Shown in pieces: positions 36,743 through 48,899 of a stretch of 64,000 bases of DNA. The position numbers and the translations under genes were made by a program. The stretch is taken from the NCBI GenBank assembly GCA_001662655.1, contig KV460217.1; one strand, 5' to 3'. The stretch is from Pseudogymnoascus verrucosus (lineage: Eukaryota). Each line of letters begins with the position of its first letter. Position 1 is the first letter of the stretch. The notes under the pieces are model-generated. The model had not been told where the DNA came from. It made no database searches and saw nothing but the letters and a program-made list of their open reading frames with translations.

Positions 36743-38601
36743 ATGGGTTACAATACTTTCCACACCGAAGAAGGTATGGAGGTGGATGTGGGCATGGACG
36801 TAACTGACCACTCCGGCCCCAGTGGAAAGGTCAAACAAGCGGTTGTCGAAAACGTCGCCCTTGCTGATGCTCTCGTCAAGGACGGGGTAACTTCATGGAC
36901 ATCGCCATCATTGCTGAAACTATATCCTATCATTATGCTCATTACTCTAAGTATGTATATATGGTTGTTACATATGCCATAAATGCTAAAAATTATCAAG
37001 ACACGGCCATGAATGGCTACGATGGCTCTCTAATGTCATCGATGAACGCAATGCCAGCATTCCACAAATATTTCAACGTTGGCAAGCAAGGCCCTGCTAC
37101 GGGACTTCTCTTCGCAATTTACACAGTCGGCCAGCTCGTTGGTTCTTTATTTGCTGCCCCAGCGGCTGATAGGTTAGGTCGCCGTTTCGGAATGTGTTCT
37201 GGCGCATTTTTTATTGTCATCGGCACCATCCTTCAGGCTACTTCTAAAAATATCGACCAATTCATGGGCGGTAGATTCTTAATCGGCTTTGGAGTCACCG
37301 TTGGGTGCACATCTGGGCCGATTTATGTTGTTGAGATCTCGCCACCGTCCATGCGTGGGCTGTTTGGCGGATTGTATTATGCATTCGGTTATTGCGCTGG
37401 TGCACTTGGTATGGTTTACTTGTCCTTTCAAACAAGATAATTTGATTAATCAAATCCTAGTGGCGTCGTGGACATGCTACGGAACGGGGAAAATGTCTGG
37501 TGATTGGTCCTGGCGTATCCCCGTCGTCATTCAAGCATTTCCTGCAGCTATCATTTTCTGCACAGTATGGCTACTACCGGAATCCCCTCGATGGCAAATT
37601 GCCAATGACCAGCGTGAGAAGGCTCGCAGTTTTTTTGTCGAGTACCATGGAAATGGAAACGAAGATTCTGCCATTGTGAATCTCCAGATGGAAGAAATCG
37701 AACGCGAAACCAATTACGACAAGGAGCTTTCTAATAACAGATGGTGGGACTATCGCCCACTCTTCAGTACTAGAGACAGATGCTTCAGGATTTATCTCCT
37801 TATACTTGTTGGTGTTTTCAATAAATTTGTTGGTGGCGCCGTTATAAGGTATGCTACACCCCCTTACTTTATGGTATAATGCCCATTTTATTAACTGCTT
37901 TATAAAGTTATTATTTGCCAACCATTCTTGACAACATTGGCATCAAATCTCCCGATAAGCAACTGCTCATTAACGCCCTTAATGTAGTATTTTCATCTGT
38001 CGCTTCGGTTTTCGGCTGCTTTTACGTCGACAAATTTGGTCGTCGCAATCTCTATCTTTGGGGCGCACTACTCACTGGTCTCTGCTATATCCCAATGAAT
38101 GTGATAGCTGCTCTGGCAGACGGTCACGTGGCGACAGGCACTGGCTACGCCTTTGTTGCATTTATTTACCTCTATGGGGTTTTCTTCTCGTTCTGTTGGA
38201 TGCCGCTGCAGACTTTATATCCAGCTGAGATCCTACCCAACGATATTAGAGCCCAGGGATTTGCTTTTCAGGAGCTCATGAATGGACTCGCAAGCTTTAT
38301 AAATACCTATGCTACCCCCGTCGCCCTTGAACGCATTGGTTGGAAAACTTATACGATTTTCCGTAAGTTTTTGACTGGCACTATGTGTGTTTACTCTCTA
38401 CACTATTCTAACCGCGAAATAGTTATCTTTCATTTTATCTACCTTGGAATGCTGTGGTGGTCTATCGTCGAGACAAAGGGCCGCTCTCTCGAAGAGCTCG
38501 AGGAAATCTTTGCAGACCCTCATCCTGTCAACAAATCTCTGGAGAAGCATAAGGTTTTATTAGCGACAGGACAAGGTGTGAAGGCAGATATAGATCCTTG
38601 A
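36743..38601 (+). CDS. MFS sugar porter (lactose/cellodextrin permease-like)
   Basis: Introns 36951-37000, 37409-37460, 37849-37907, 38363-38422 give a continuous frame with NGYDGSLM, DRLGRR, PESPRW, DKFGRR, YPAEIL, VETKGRSLEE. Confidence 0.9.
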
Positions 38602-38986
38602 TTGACACCTTCCTGTTTGTATGTTGGGCAGAAATCTCATTATACGATGGCGAAAATAGCCAAGTGATGTCAATAACAATGGTTTTGGCAACGGCCGCCT
38701 TGATCTTAATCCCGTAATGGGGATAACGCATATTTACGTGGGAATGATGTGGGTCTGGGCGTTATATTTGGACACGGTGGAGGATGATATATTTTCACCG
38801 CTCGATAAGCAGCGGCAAGGAGGACAAGCCTTTAAAGTTGATATTGAGAAAGTTCTCGGAGGGGACTACTGTCGCACGAAAACCCTCGCCATTAACAAGA
38901 CCCACGCACGCTCATCCACTACATTCCAATCCTAGCCAGTTACTTAGGACAATAATCTATTGATATAGCCGAAAGGAGTTACCAGG

Positions 38987-39199
38987 TTGCCATGGGACGA
39001 AATTGTGAATTCCTTCCCAGAAAGGAAAAAGGGAGCTTTGCAAGTACTCTACAGCACAAATCTGAAGAACCGCGCGCAAATTTCTGGGGCCAAAAAACGG
39101 TTCAGTGTTACCTCCTATGATCTAGCCTCTAACACCAAAGACGAGCCTCTGAGTAAGCCAATACTTCAACTTGTGAGGTTGTCAGATCCGGCAATCTAA
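38987..39199 (+). pseudogene. Possible Myb/SANT-like gene relic
   Basis: LPWDEIVNSFPERKKGALQVLYSTNLK resembles the fungal Myb-like W..I...FP.R..G.LQV.YST.LK helix; no ATG or upstream exon found. Confidence 0.35.
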
Positions 39200-40700
39200 T
39201 AGCGCATAGTATGAGAATATCAAAGTGGTGGTGTTGAATAGTATAAATGAATAATTATGTAAATATTTAAATATCAAAACGCCACCACGGCATTAATATC
39301 CTGTTGAAAAATAAGATGCCCAGAGGAAAGGACAGACTTACATCTGCTACACTGAGGGTAGCTATCTGGCAGTAGACCTACCTACGGATATAAATGCATC
39401 GTCAAAATCGAGTTTACTGACTAGCGCTGACAAAGCTAGTTGTTAGATGGGAAGGATCCGGAACTTTAGACGGAGATTCAGAAGCATATATTGTGAACGC
39501 ACTTGTGTGAGGCGCCTAGAGCACGAAGACCCGGAAATTGTGGCTGGCATGGAAGATGCAACGCACGGCTTTCAGGGGTGGTGGGTGCGGGGTGAGGCAG
39601 GGGGAGAGAAGGCCAGGGATAGTTATGTCGATGCACAACAGAGAGAAAACAGGATGTTTGACGTAACTTACCAATACGGGATACTGGCTGGAGTGATGTG
39701 GGGTCTGACAGATGTCAAGCGGGATCCACAACGGCGCCCACCGAGTTCTCCCGCCGAATACCGCTGCAAGGATCTCCACAAGCGCTATGGCATGGGGACG
39801 GAAAATACAAGAACTCAGGTCTAAGTCTCCCATAATAAGTACATTGATGGACGAATATTTATTGGCGGGGTGCGGCGGGATTAGAGAGGTTCGGGGCCAA
39901 TAGCTGCTCGGCGCTTCGGTGATAATAAGAAGACTCCCGAACCATGCAAGGAGAGAGGAGCTATGATGACAGTGCATCAACCTCGGCCTTTAAAGAGAAG
40001 GTGACTTTCTGCGAACTAGACCCTGATGGTAGCAGAAGAACCCGATCTAAGTTTTTTGTAAAGCCAGCCGAGCGCCATATTAAGATGGCGTAGACCCGAA
40101 CTATTTGGCCGCTTACCTCGGGGTCGACCGTTTGGGACCTCAAAAGTTAATCGCTATACAAGCACGGCACCTAGATCGCCAATACGGAAATTTAGGCCGG
40201 ATGCGCAGTCTTAGACCCCAATGCGGGGAAAGCCCAGCCTAAATTCTAAATCTTGTAAACCATCTCCTGCGGCGAGTTTATGAATGAGTAAGTGCTTATT
40301 ATTTTGGGGCCCGAACCGGTTAAAGATCGACGTCTTTTAGGAACGGGGTTATGATAGGTGCGTTCTAACCTGGAGTATACACGTGAATCCTTTTTAATAT
40401 AAGTTATGGTTGTATCCCTTCGACTTTGACTCTATATTGCCACAAGTGCTGACATTTAATTCCCCGTAATGTATAATTCCTAGTTTTGTAGCTTCCCTGG
40501 CGATAAGGGTATAGTTGATATAACATGGATTGGTAAGATACCCCCCAAGTGACCGAATCCAAGTGGCGGCCATAAGTCACCGTATCCCTAACATAAATAT
40601 ATAGCTCTGCCCCAGTCTCATACCCCTCCAAGTCCGGACTTCGCAAACTTTTGGGTCCACTCTTCAAGCCTTTTAGCTGCAACATTTGCTCTTGGCCAAC

Positions 40701-42612
40701 ATGGGGTTTTCAGTCCTTGCCGTTGCTGCATTGGCAGCGAGTGCTTTGGCAATCAACATACCCACAGCTCCTACCTGGCCGTCAGGGAGATGCACGGATA
40801 AGTCACTGACCATCCCGAGCTGGATTCTCTCGGAGTATGAGGTTTCTGGGGGTGTCACGACCTTCAAGGTCGACAACCGTGCTGCAGACCCTACAGGGAT
40901 ATATGCCATCGTTGAGTGCAAAGGAGAAGGTTTATGCGGGGGAAGCTCCGGCACCTCACAGATGACTGTAAATTATTCCAAAGGCCCTGACGGCCCAGTC
41001 ATCTCGATGAGCCACTTTTGGGTATGTGGGGATGAAGGTGACAAGTGAGTTGAGCTTCTAAGTGTATGTATGACGAGAAAATATTGACTAGGAATAACCC
41101 CAGGGTCGTCTTTACGGCAAGCGGAAGCACTACTATCACCCAATGTGCTGGATCTGATTGTGTTTCTCCAATACCATACCTTATCCACGGCATCCTCAGT
41201 CTTCCGGTCCCGCTCACGCCGACCCAGCCGTCGCCTCCTCCAGGCTATGATGCTGAATCATGTGCGACTGTTGGCGACAAGCAGTGGACTGTAACCGATG
41301 TTTCGTACCAAAGCTATACCAAGGGTCAGTGTCTCCTGTGGTACTGGGAAGACCGTATCTGTCTAGACAACAACGCCTCCTCCGACTTCGTGACCAGGGG
41401 CATACACCTCAACCTCAACGTGACAAACAATGCTATCAATCACGAAGTAAGCTGTAGCTTCACGCCAACATACGACGAATTCGCCCCTCCCTATCCTTTC
41501 CGGTGTACAGGAGGAGAATTCAATGAAATTACTCTTGATATAACTTTATCTGGTACAGTGCCCAATTTAGACATAAAGGTTGAAGAAGTGTGGTACTGCC
41601 TCGAGAACCCATCGACTAACGTCAACCCGTGAGTCTGATCCTGATCTTCTGTCCAAATTCACAATGGATAACTGACCATAGGAAAGGACCGTAATTTCCG
41701 CTACTGGTAGCGCCTCACTGCAGCTTACATGCGCCTCGAGCACTGGCATTACAGGCACAGAAGACGACATTATTACTAAATGCACCAGCTCAGTTCCATC
41801 GACTGCCGTTGATGGAACTCAAGCAGACAAACAGACGCTTCAAGAATTCGCTCTCGTAACTGCGTACCCCGTTCACGGCGGGTGCACTTTTGATAGCGTT
41901 GTTAGCCCAACTTGGTATTTCCGCGCCATGCAATTCAAGACGACCGAATTCCCAGCAGATGATCCAAACAGCGCGATGCTGGCAGGTTTTACGACTGGCT
42001 TGACTGGTCCAGGCTTTGCAGACTATTTTTTCTATTACTTCGATACCAAGAATATTATATCGGGGAGTGGCCTGGATACGGTGTAAGTACTTCAGGTTCA
42101 GTATAATTTGGACTCCAAACAGAAGAGAAATAAATAAAGATAGAGTAACTAACATATGAGTTAGGTACGACTGTTACGGATTAGGCAACGGCCAACCAAT
42201 TCACTGGAAGTGCAACTATAGCTTTAATCCGTTTACAAGGGTTATTAGACTCGACAAAGTGTGGCAGTGTAGCGACAAGAACGAGGCACACCCGTAGGAC
42301 TTTCTCCCTGCTCTCCCATCATGCCTCCGTTCTCACTTTCTCTTACTCATCTCCATTATATTTCTTTGTATCATGCTAATAAAACATAGAATTTATTTTG
42401 AAGGCTCGGGTACTTTCGACTGGAGCATATATCCCTACGCTAGATGCACTACCAGCGATACCTATCTCGACTGCTACTATAGCGGCGACTTGGCGATCTT
42501 GCAGCCCGGAATCCCATATGATATTCCAAAGGTTACGACAAGCCTGACTAATGCGCCACAGTCCCGCATTGAGACTTCGAGGGTAAATGCGAAGTGGGCC
42601 GTAGCCAACTAA
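40701..42612 (+). CDS. Secreted Cys-rich protein with about three tandem AA1/Alt a 1-like beta domains
   Basis: Signal peptide MGFSVLAVAALAASALA; introns at about 41045-41104, 41629-41686, 42083-42164, 42294-42389; repeated C..S...P.W starts and W.C.D/E ends (WVCGD, WYCLE, WQCSD). Fold name is inference. Confidence 0.7.
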
Positions 42613-42797
42613 GGGCAAATCAGGTAGTGGCTTTTGATAGTAGGCTGGACAAATGCGACCTCGTCATGAATCGTTACATCCAAATAATGCGGGGTAGCTT
42701 TGACACTGAAAATTCGTCGTGTTTGTTGAAGACGAGAATTTATGGTATTTGTCTTTGATTTTATATCAAAGAAAAATATGATAGTAGCAGATAAGAA

Positions 42798-44004
42798 CTA
42801 CAGGTTGCTGCGTACATTGGCCAAGAAGCCATCATTCGCGTAGATCTGGCTCATGTCCCAAATCATGACTCCTCCAAAGCTAGAAAATGTTTTGCAGTAC
42901 GATATAATAGCTGAAAGGGTGCTTCCATCCACATATCCACCGCCAGCAGCAGTAGGTGATCCAGGAGCGCCTACAAACACCTTGACATTGGGATTTTTGG
43001 ACACCGTTTTTGCCCAGTTGTCCCAGGTGTTGAAATTGAAGTTATTCTGAGTCTCAGCGCCGACGACAAAGGACTGGAGACCGCAGTAGTTGTTGTAAAA
43101 TTGGATCCAGATAGCATCGAAAAATACTGTTCCATTAAGCATAGGGTCGTCTGCCGCATCAGGGTATGGGCATTGTGGCGCGGCAGTCAAAAGCCATTTT
43201 TTCCCGGTTGAACTAGAGTCCTGGTCCATCAGACTGCGAAGTTGGTTTGCAAAGGGTGGCATATTGGATACAACTGTCTCAAAGTCGAGATCAAATCCAT
43301 CTACTGCAGCATTTCCAAAGGGGCGCGGGGAGCTAGAGCCGGCCGCTTTGGGTCCAAAGCTAGCCCACACATTATTGGCTGCCGTGACTGCTGCATCTTG
43401 GGAGGGGAACCCGCCCTCAGTGTAGGTGAAGCCACCCAGAGAAAGCAGAATAGTCTTTCCGTATTGGGATTGGCATTCAGCGATATCGGCCCTTGAAGGT
43501 ATTAGTAGAGAATCTAGTTTGATGCTTGAAAACGTACTCTAGTTGAGAACAGTAGAAAAGGTTGGACCCCGAGATCGCAGTGCAGTTATCCCCGGCATTT
43601 GCGAGATTAAGTGATAAATCCGCAAGGGTTGTTAAAAATGCAAGGGGAATGATCTAACGCAAGGTAAAGTTAACCACTGGACATATGCGTAGCACACGTT
43701 AACATACATTAATATCAGTGTCTACTTATTATTAGTTTTGTTGGCTTAAATGAGCAGGGTCCCTGGAGACTTACTTGCACAGTAATAAGATAGACGCTGT
43801 TGAGCTAATGGGCCAGTTCCCTGGCCGTGGGAATTCTGCCCTATAGTAGAGACACGAAATTAATTTATATACCGGTCATTTGGAAAAGAGTGCCATACCC
43901 CAATACACAGCGACGTTGTTAGATGCCAAGCTAAGGCCGGTATTTGCCAACGGCATCGAGGCGGCCAGGCCCGCCAAGGAGGCCAAAGCAGTGATTGCGA
44001 GCAT
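42798..44004 (-). CDS. GH18 chitinase, class III / subgroup B (Cts1-like), secreted, several 5' introns
   Basis: Signal peptide MLAITALASLAGLAAS, NVAVYW|GQNS, LSYYC, KTILLSLGG, catalytic VDGFDLDFE, TAAPQCPYPD, IQFYNN, GGVMIWD. Confidence 0.9.
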
Positions 44005-44828
44005 TTTGAAAGGAATGTAATTTATGCTTAAGGTATGCACACCAAGGATAGATAAGGATGTAACTGTGGCGGATCGGATCGTGATGAGACATCGAGGGAC
44101 TATATACAGGCTTCACTTCATGGAATCAAATCGAAAACGCCAAAATCCAACATGGTAACTAATCGCATGACTACAAATCATACATGATCATGTCACGTAT
44201 TGTTCTCTTTTCCCTTCATCCGCTCAACTGCAACGTTCATGTTATCTGCTATTTTCCCCTCATGCCGTACGTAGTCTTCATTCTTAGATAACATCACGCG
44301 TCCATGTCAAGCAGATCGACAGTACTGCATTTCCCCAGAAACCGTTGACAAGTGCCATTAGTTACAAGTCAAACAGGTAATAAGGTTAGCAATCTCCCAA
44401 GGGGTTAAAGTGGGGTTTAGAATGGCAGTGGTAGTTTCTTATTGTGCCGGCAGCGTTGGCGCGACAGGCCTCCACGCGTACACATCCAAATCGTTGCTAA
44501 ACCCCAACCCTTCACCGAACTCGCGACATGAAGTTTCGCCGAGAGATCAAATCGAGAAGGTGGTTGTCCCCTGATAAAGGAAGTGATGGATTAGGGATGG
44601 AATCCGTCCCATAGCGCTTAGGCGGGCCTATGGGGAGTGTGATCATCATCGCGTGCCAATAAGGTTCGGCGTGACAGCGAACAGGGGGGTTAAAATAAGG
44701 CCCGTTATCCTTACTAGTCACGCTCTCGGATCGGTAAATGCTCAAACGCCGCGTAATAAGTGTGAATAGGATCAAAAATGCCGACCTGGGACTGCGCTGT
44801 AACGTTACGGAGCGCCCAAGCCCAAGGT

Positions 44829-44860
44829 CAAGGATCGAGCAAGGATCGAGCAAGGATCGC
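44829..44860. repeat. 11-bp tandem repeat (CAAGGATCGAG)x~3 in the chitinase divergent promoter
   Basis: CAAGGATCGAG CAAGGATCGAG CAAGGATCGC. Confidence 0.75.
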
Positions 44861-45470
44861 GATGCTCAGATGAACGGTTCGGCAGATATGGATCGCGCAC
44901 GGCTCCAGACGTCAACGCGACGCCCCCTTTTTAGAGGTCACCCCCATGAATACCCCATGAACACCCCGTCGGAGATCCTAGTGCCTGTGCCGGATGTTCC
45001 GCAGCGTGCCTGGATTTTAATCTCTATTCTCTTGGGTAACGGGTAACGTCACCAGTCACAGCGCACGCCCGACATTTGAAGTTGGTCATCGACACTAGGA
45101 TCACTGCAAGGCCCTAATCCTACACCAGGCACACCTTCTTCACATGGTCATTGAATCGATGCTAATTGCTTGAGAGACAATTTATCGTAACGTTGCTAAT
45201 CTCCGACGCGGTCTTTCTTTCTCATGGGAAGGTAGGTAGAAGGTCGAGCTACCTTCCAAGGAGCTACGGTCTTATCATTATGAATGCCATGCTTCATTCT
45301 GAAAGGTGGGGGTTGAGAAAGAGATATATATACTGCGATGAAGACGAGGAGTTGAAGACAGTATCGCCGGCCGACTTCAGCATCGACAACCTAGCTCTTT
45401 CACTCTCCTTTTGAGACTTGTATATATTTGGAAATCTACTTGCACATATTTATTCCGTTATCAGTTAACC

Positions 45471-46928
45471 ATGTTATCCTGGACGAAGAAGCATCTTGCT
45501 TTACTGTTGGCCATCCCAGCAGTATTCGCGGCTCCTACCCATCCCACCTCCCACACGAATCTTACCTCGGCCCTCCTCCAGCCTATCGCTGGACGAGATG
45601 TCTCGGGTTTTAGAAATGCAGCTTATTTCGTGAATTGGTTAGTAGTTGTGAACGACCAGGCAAGACCTCAACTAACAGAAACCAGGGCAATCTATGGACG
45701 TGGCTACTTGCCACAGGAGCTCCCGGCATCGGAGCTGACTCACGTCCTATACTCGTTTGCCAACATACGCCCAAGTGGCACCGTGTAAGTTTGAATTCTG
45801 CATGCGGTTCTGAGAAATATAAATTCTGACAGCCCATAAGCTACCTCTCTGATGAGTGGGCAGACCTGCAAATCCACTGGGCCGGAGACAGCTGGAGCGA
45901 CACCGGAAACAATGTCTACGGTTGCATTAAGCAATTGTATCTCCATAAGAAGAAGAACCGTGCCATGAAGACCCTTCTCAGCATTGGCGGGTGGACCTAC
46001 TCCATCAACTTCCCCGTCCCCGCCAGCACTGACGCCGGACGAAAGGAGTTTGCGTCGTCAGCAGTCAAGTTGGTTGCAGATCTTGGCTTTGATGGAATCG
46101 ATGTAAGTAATCCCCTTCCCAAACGTAGCATCAAGCTAATAAATCCCTTAGATTGATTGGGAGTACCCCGCCAACGACGTAGAGGCCACCAACATGGTCC
46201 TCCTCCTCAAAGCCTGCCGCGAGGCTCTCGATGCATATGCCGCCCAATACGCCCCAGGTTACCACTTCTTGATCACCATCGCCAGCCCCGCCGGACCAGA
46301 CAACTACAACAAGATGCACATGAGGGAAATGGACGCCTACCTTGATGCCTGGCACTTGATGGCCTACGACTACGCCGGATCATGGGACAGCGTTGCAGGC
46401 CACCAAGCCAATCTCTACCCCAGCACCAACAACCCCGCTTCCACCCCATACTCCACCGACCGTGCCGTTACCGATTACATCTCCGCTGGTGTCACCGCCA
46501 AGAAGATCGTCATGGGTATGCCCATCTACGGCCGCTCGTTCGAGGCTACCGAGGGTGCCGGCAAGCCATTCACCGGCGTCGGTTCTGGCACCTGGGAGAA
46601 TGGCGTCTGGGACTTCAGCGGACTCCCCAGATCCGGTGCGACCGAGTTCCACGATTCCCAAGCTGTCGCGGCGTACAGCTACGATGCTGCTACCAAGGAG
46701 TTCATCAGCTACGATACCCCAGTGGAGATTAACACCAAGTCTGAGTACGTCAAGTCGAAGGGTCTTGGTGGTGCTATGTTCTGGGAGACTTCTTCGGATA
46801 AGACGGGTGGCAACAGCTTGATCACCACGGCGGCAAACAAGTTGGGCTCGCTGGAGCAGAGCCAGAACCTTCTTAACTACCCGGCCAGTGTTTATGATAA
46901 CATGAAGGCTGGTATGCCAGGACAGTAA
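45471..46928 (+). CDS. GH18 chitinase, class V / subgroup A (ChiB/Chi42-like), secreted
   Basis: Signal peptide; [41 protein letters not shown] across intron 46103-46151, [15 protein letters not shown]. Confidence 0.93.
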
Positions 46929-47250
46929 GCGCGGAGTGAAGCAGGGATTCCCGTGCTATTCGTTTCGTCTGTACATACTTTTATCTGCATTGCATTGGTT
47001 GTTGCATATTGTCATTCGCTTTGTACATACTGTTAGCTGCGTTAGTTTACATATTTATGATTTTGATATGTACTTTGCGATCTGCAGTTGTCTCGCAAGT
47101 TACTCCCGGATCGACATAAGCGCATCTTCACCCTAGCACTTACCTATCTTGTAACCTCCACACCGCCGTCCACCCTATAACCTCCCCCCCACAATACTTC
47201 AGAAACAGCCATCTTCCCATTTCCCTATCCTATCAAATGAAACCTCCGTA

Positions 47251-47871
47251 ATGGCTTCCCAAAACTCGAAACTCTTCACCAACCACTGGACCGCCACCCT
47301 CCCCTCCCAACCCCACATCATCCTCCGCCACGCTACCCCTTCTTCCATCTCCACCCGCCTGGCTATCATCCGCAACCCCTTAAACCGAACTCACATCACA
47401 TCCCAGCCCACTCTCTGGGATGATTCCGCTGCCGCTACCTGGACTACTGCCCAACAAGCGCGGTTCGACAAATCGACTAGAGACTTTGACAACCTGGATG
47501 TGCTAGTAGAAGTTGATGGGGTGGTGGTGGGAGTGAGTGCTATAGCGACGATAGAGGGAGATTTGAAGGATGGCGAGAGACTACTGAATGTAGGCGTTAT
47601 GCTTGAGGAGGTGGTGAGGGGAAAGGGGGTGGGGAAGGCGGTAACGGGGTGTTTGGTGGAGATTGCGTTGATGATGGGCGGCAGAGTAGGTGTTAGGACT
47701 ATGAAGGCCAATGTAGGGATGAGGGGTGTGATGAGGGGGCTGGGGGTGGAGGAGAGGGTGGAGGATGTCATGATGGAAGGGAGGGGATTGGTGGCGGAGA
47801 TTATGTATATGGTTGAGAAGGAGAAGTGGGAGGAGCTTGATATTTGCTTGGAGTTTGGAGAGGAAGTGTAA
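47251..47871 (+). CDS. GNAT-family (RimJ/RimL-like) acetyltransferase-fold protein
   Basis: VRGKGVGK acetyl-CoA loop and downstream TMKANVGMRGVM (N..M motif). Confidence 0.7.
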   Translation: MASQNSKLFTNHWTATLPSQPHIILRHATPSSISTRLAIIRNPLNRTHITSQPTLWDDSAAATWTTAQQARFDKSTRDFDNLDVLVEVDGVVVGVSAIATIEGDLKDGERLLNVGVMLEEVVRGKGVGKAVTGCLVEIALMMGGRVGVRTMKANVGMRGVMRGLGVEERVEDVMMEGRGLVAEIMYMVEKEKWEELDICLEFGEEV

Positions 47872-47890
47872 TGGAGCTATGTGAGTAAAG

Positions 47891-48290
47891 GGGAAGGAAC
47901 GACCATTACTCCTTTCCTGTGGGGTTGTGTAGCAAAAGTAGGAAACAACGACCATCGCTCCTGCTATCTTTGGGTGTGAGATAGTGAGAAGAGGAAGGTC
48001 GCCCTTTCCCTGTGGGGCTTTGAGATAATAGCAGGAAGGTTCGAGTATCGTTCCAGCCATTTTTGATTGCAAGGCACCAGACGATAGAGAAATGGAAGGC
48101 AGGACCCTCGCTCTTTCCTTAAAGAGTTGGGCGCCAGCAGTAGGAAAGAGGCGAGAGAATCGCTCCTGCCATTTATGATTGTAAAGCATCAGGTGGTGGA
48201 GGAAGGGAAGGTAGGACCCTCGCTCTTTCCCTACAGGGTTGGGAACCAACAGTAAGAAGGAGGTGAGAGCATCGCTCCCGTCACATTTAA
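47891..48290. repeat. Degenerate non-coding tandem array, ~112-bp unit (about 3.5 units) made of two related ~55-bp halves
   Basis: AGGACCCTCGCTCTTTCC at 48101 and 48213; ATCG(C/T)TCC at 47954, 48047, 48159, 48271. Confidence 0.8.
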
Positions 48291-48899
48291 GAGCACAATA
48301 TAAGTTCTCGAAGCCCACCTTAAGACCTCACGCTTGCATTCCAATATCAAGACCAAGCTCCTCTATAACTAAAGCAAAAAAGCGGGTCAATAATTAATCA
48401 CAAAAGCAAAAGACTTATCATATCTCGGCGTCCCAAGATCTGATGAGGGAGAAAATCACTATTGATTTTACTTTTTGGTGTTATGTTGAGTATTCGTCGT
48501 TTGTTTCTTGTCGGTTGATCGTTTCCAAGCTCTTTCTTTCCCTTTCCTTTCCACGCCGGGGCTCGAATTCACAACCTTTTTCCTCCGCTGGCCAGATTGT
48601 CCAGACAGTGGTACTTCCACTGCGCCACTGTGCCGCTTGATTTGAAGAGGTCTTAAGTTTGTTTATAAAGGTTGGGTGTTGCTTCGCTTGGTGTTGTGGT
48701 CATGTGTGGATGTCTGGGATAGGGGGGTGCATAGGAGGGGCGCCCACCTTATCCCAACTATGCTATCTCGCCTGGTCACTCGGCAACTGGAGGCAGCAAG
48801 GTAAACCAAAAACTGACATGAGAATATCCTTTCTTCCATTCATTCATTCCAGTTCCAGCTAACTTTTTCGAATACCTACCAGCTCACATTGCCCACCAT

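Noticed and set aside
47891..48290. CRISPR array or hammerhead ribozyme interpretation
   Set aside because: Eukaryotic context, no cas genes, repeats degenerate with mutually similar linkers; no CTGANGA/GAAA hammerhead core seen.
47581..48318. 245-aa minus ORF across the repeat array
   Set aside because: Non-ATG start, overlaps GNAT antisense, and the 112-bp period is incompatible with a protein repeat.
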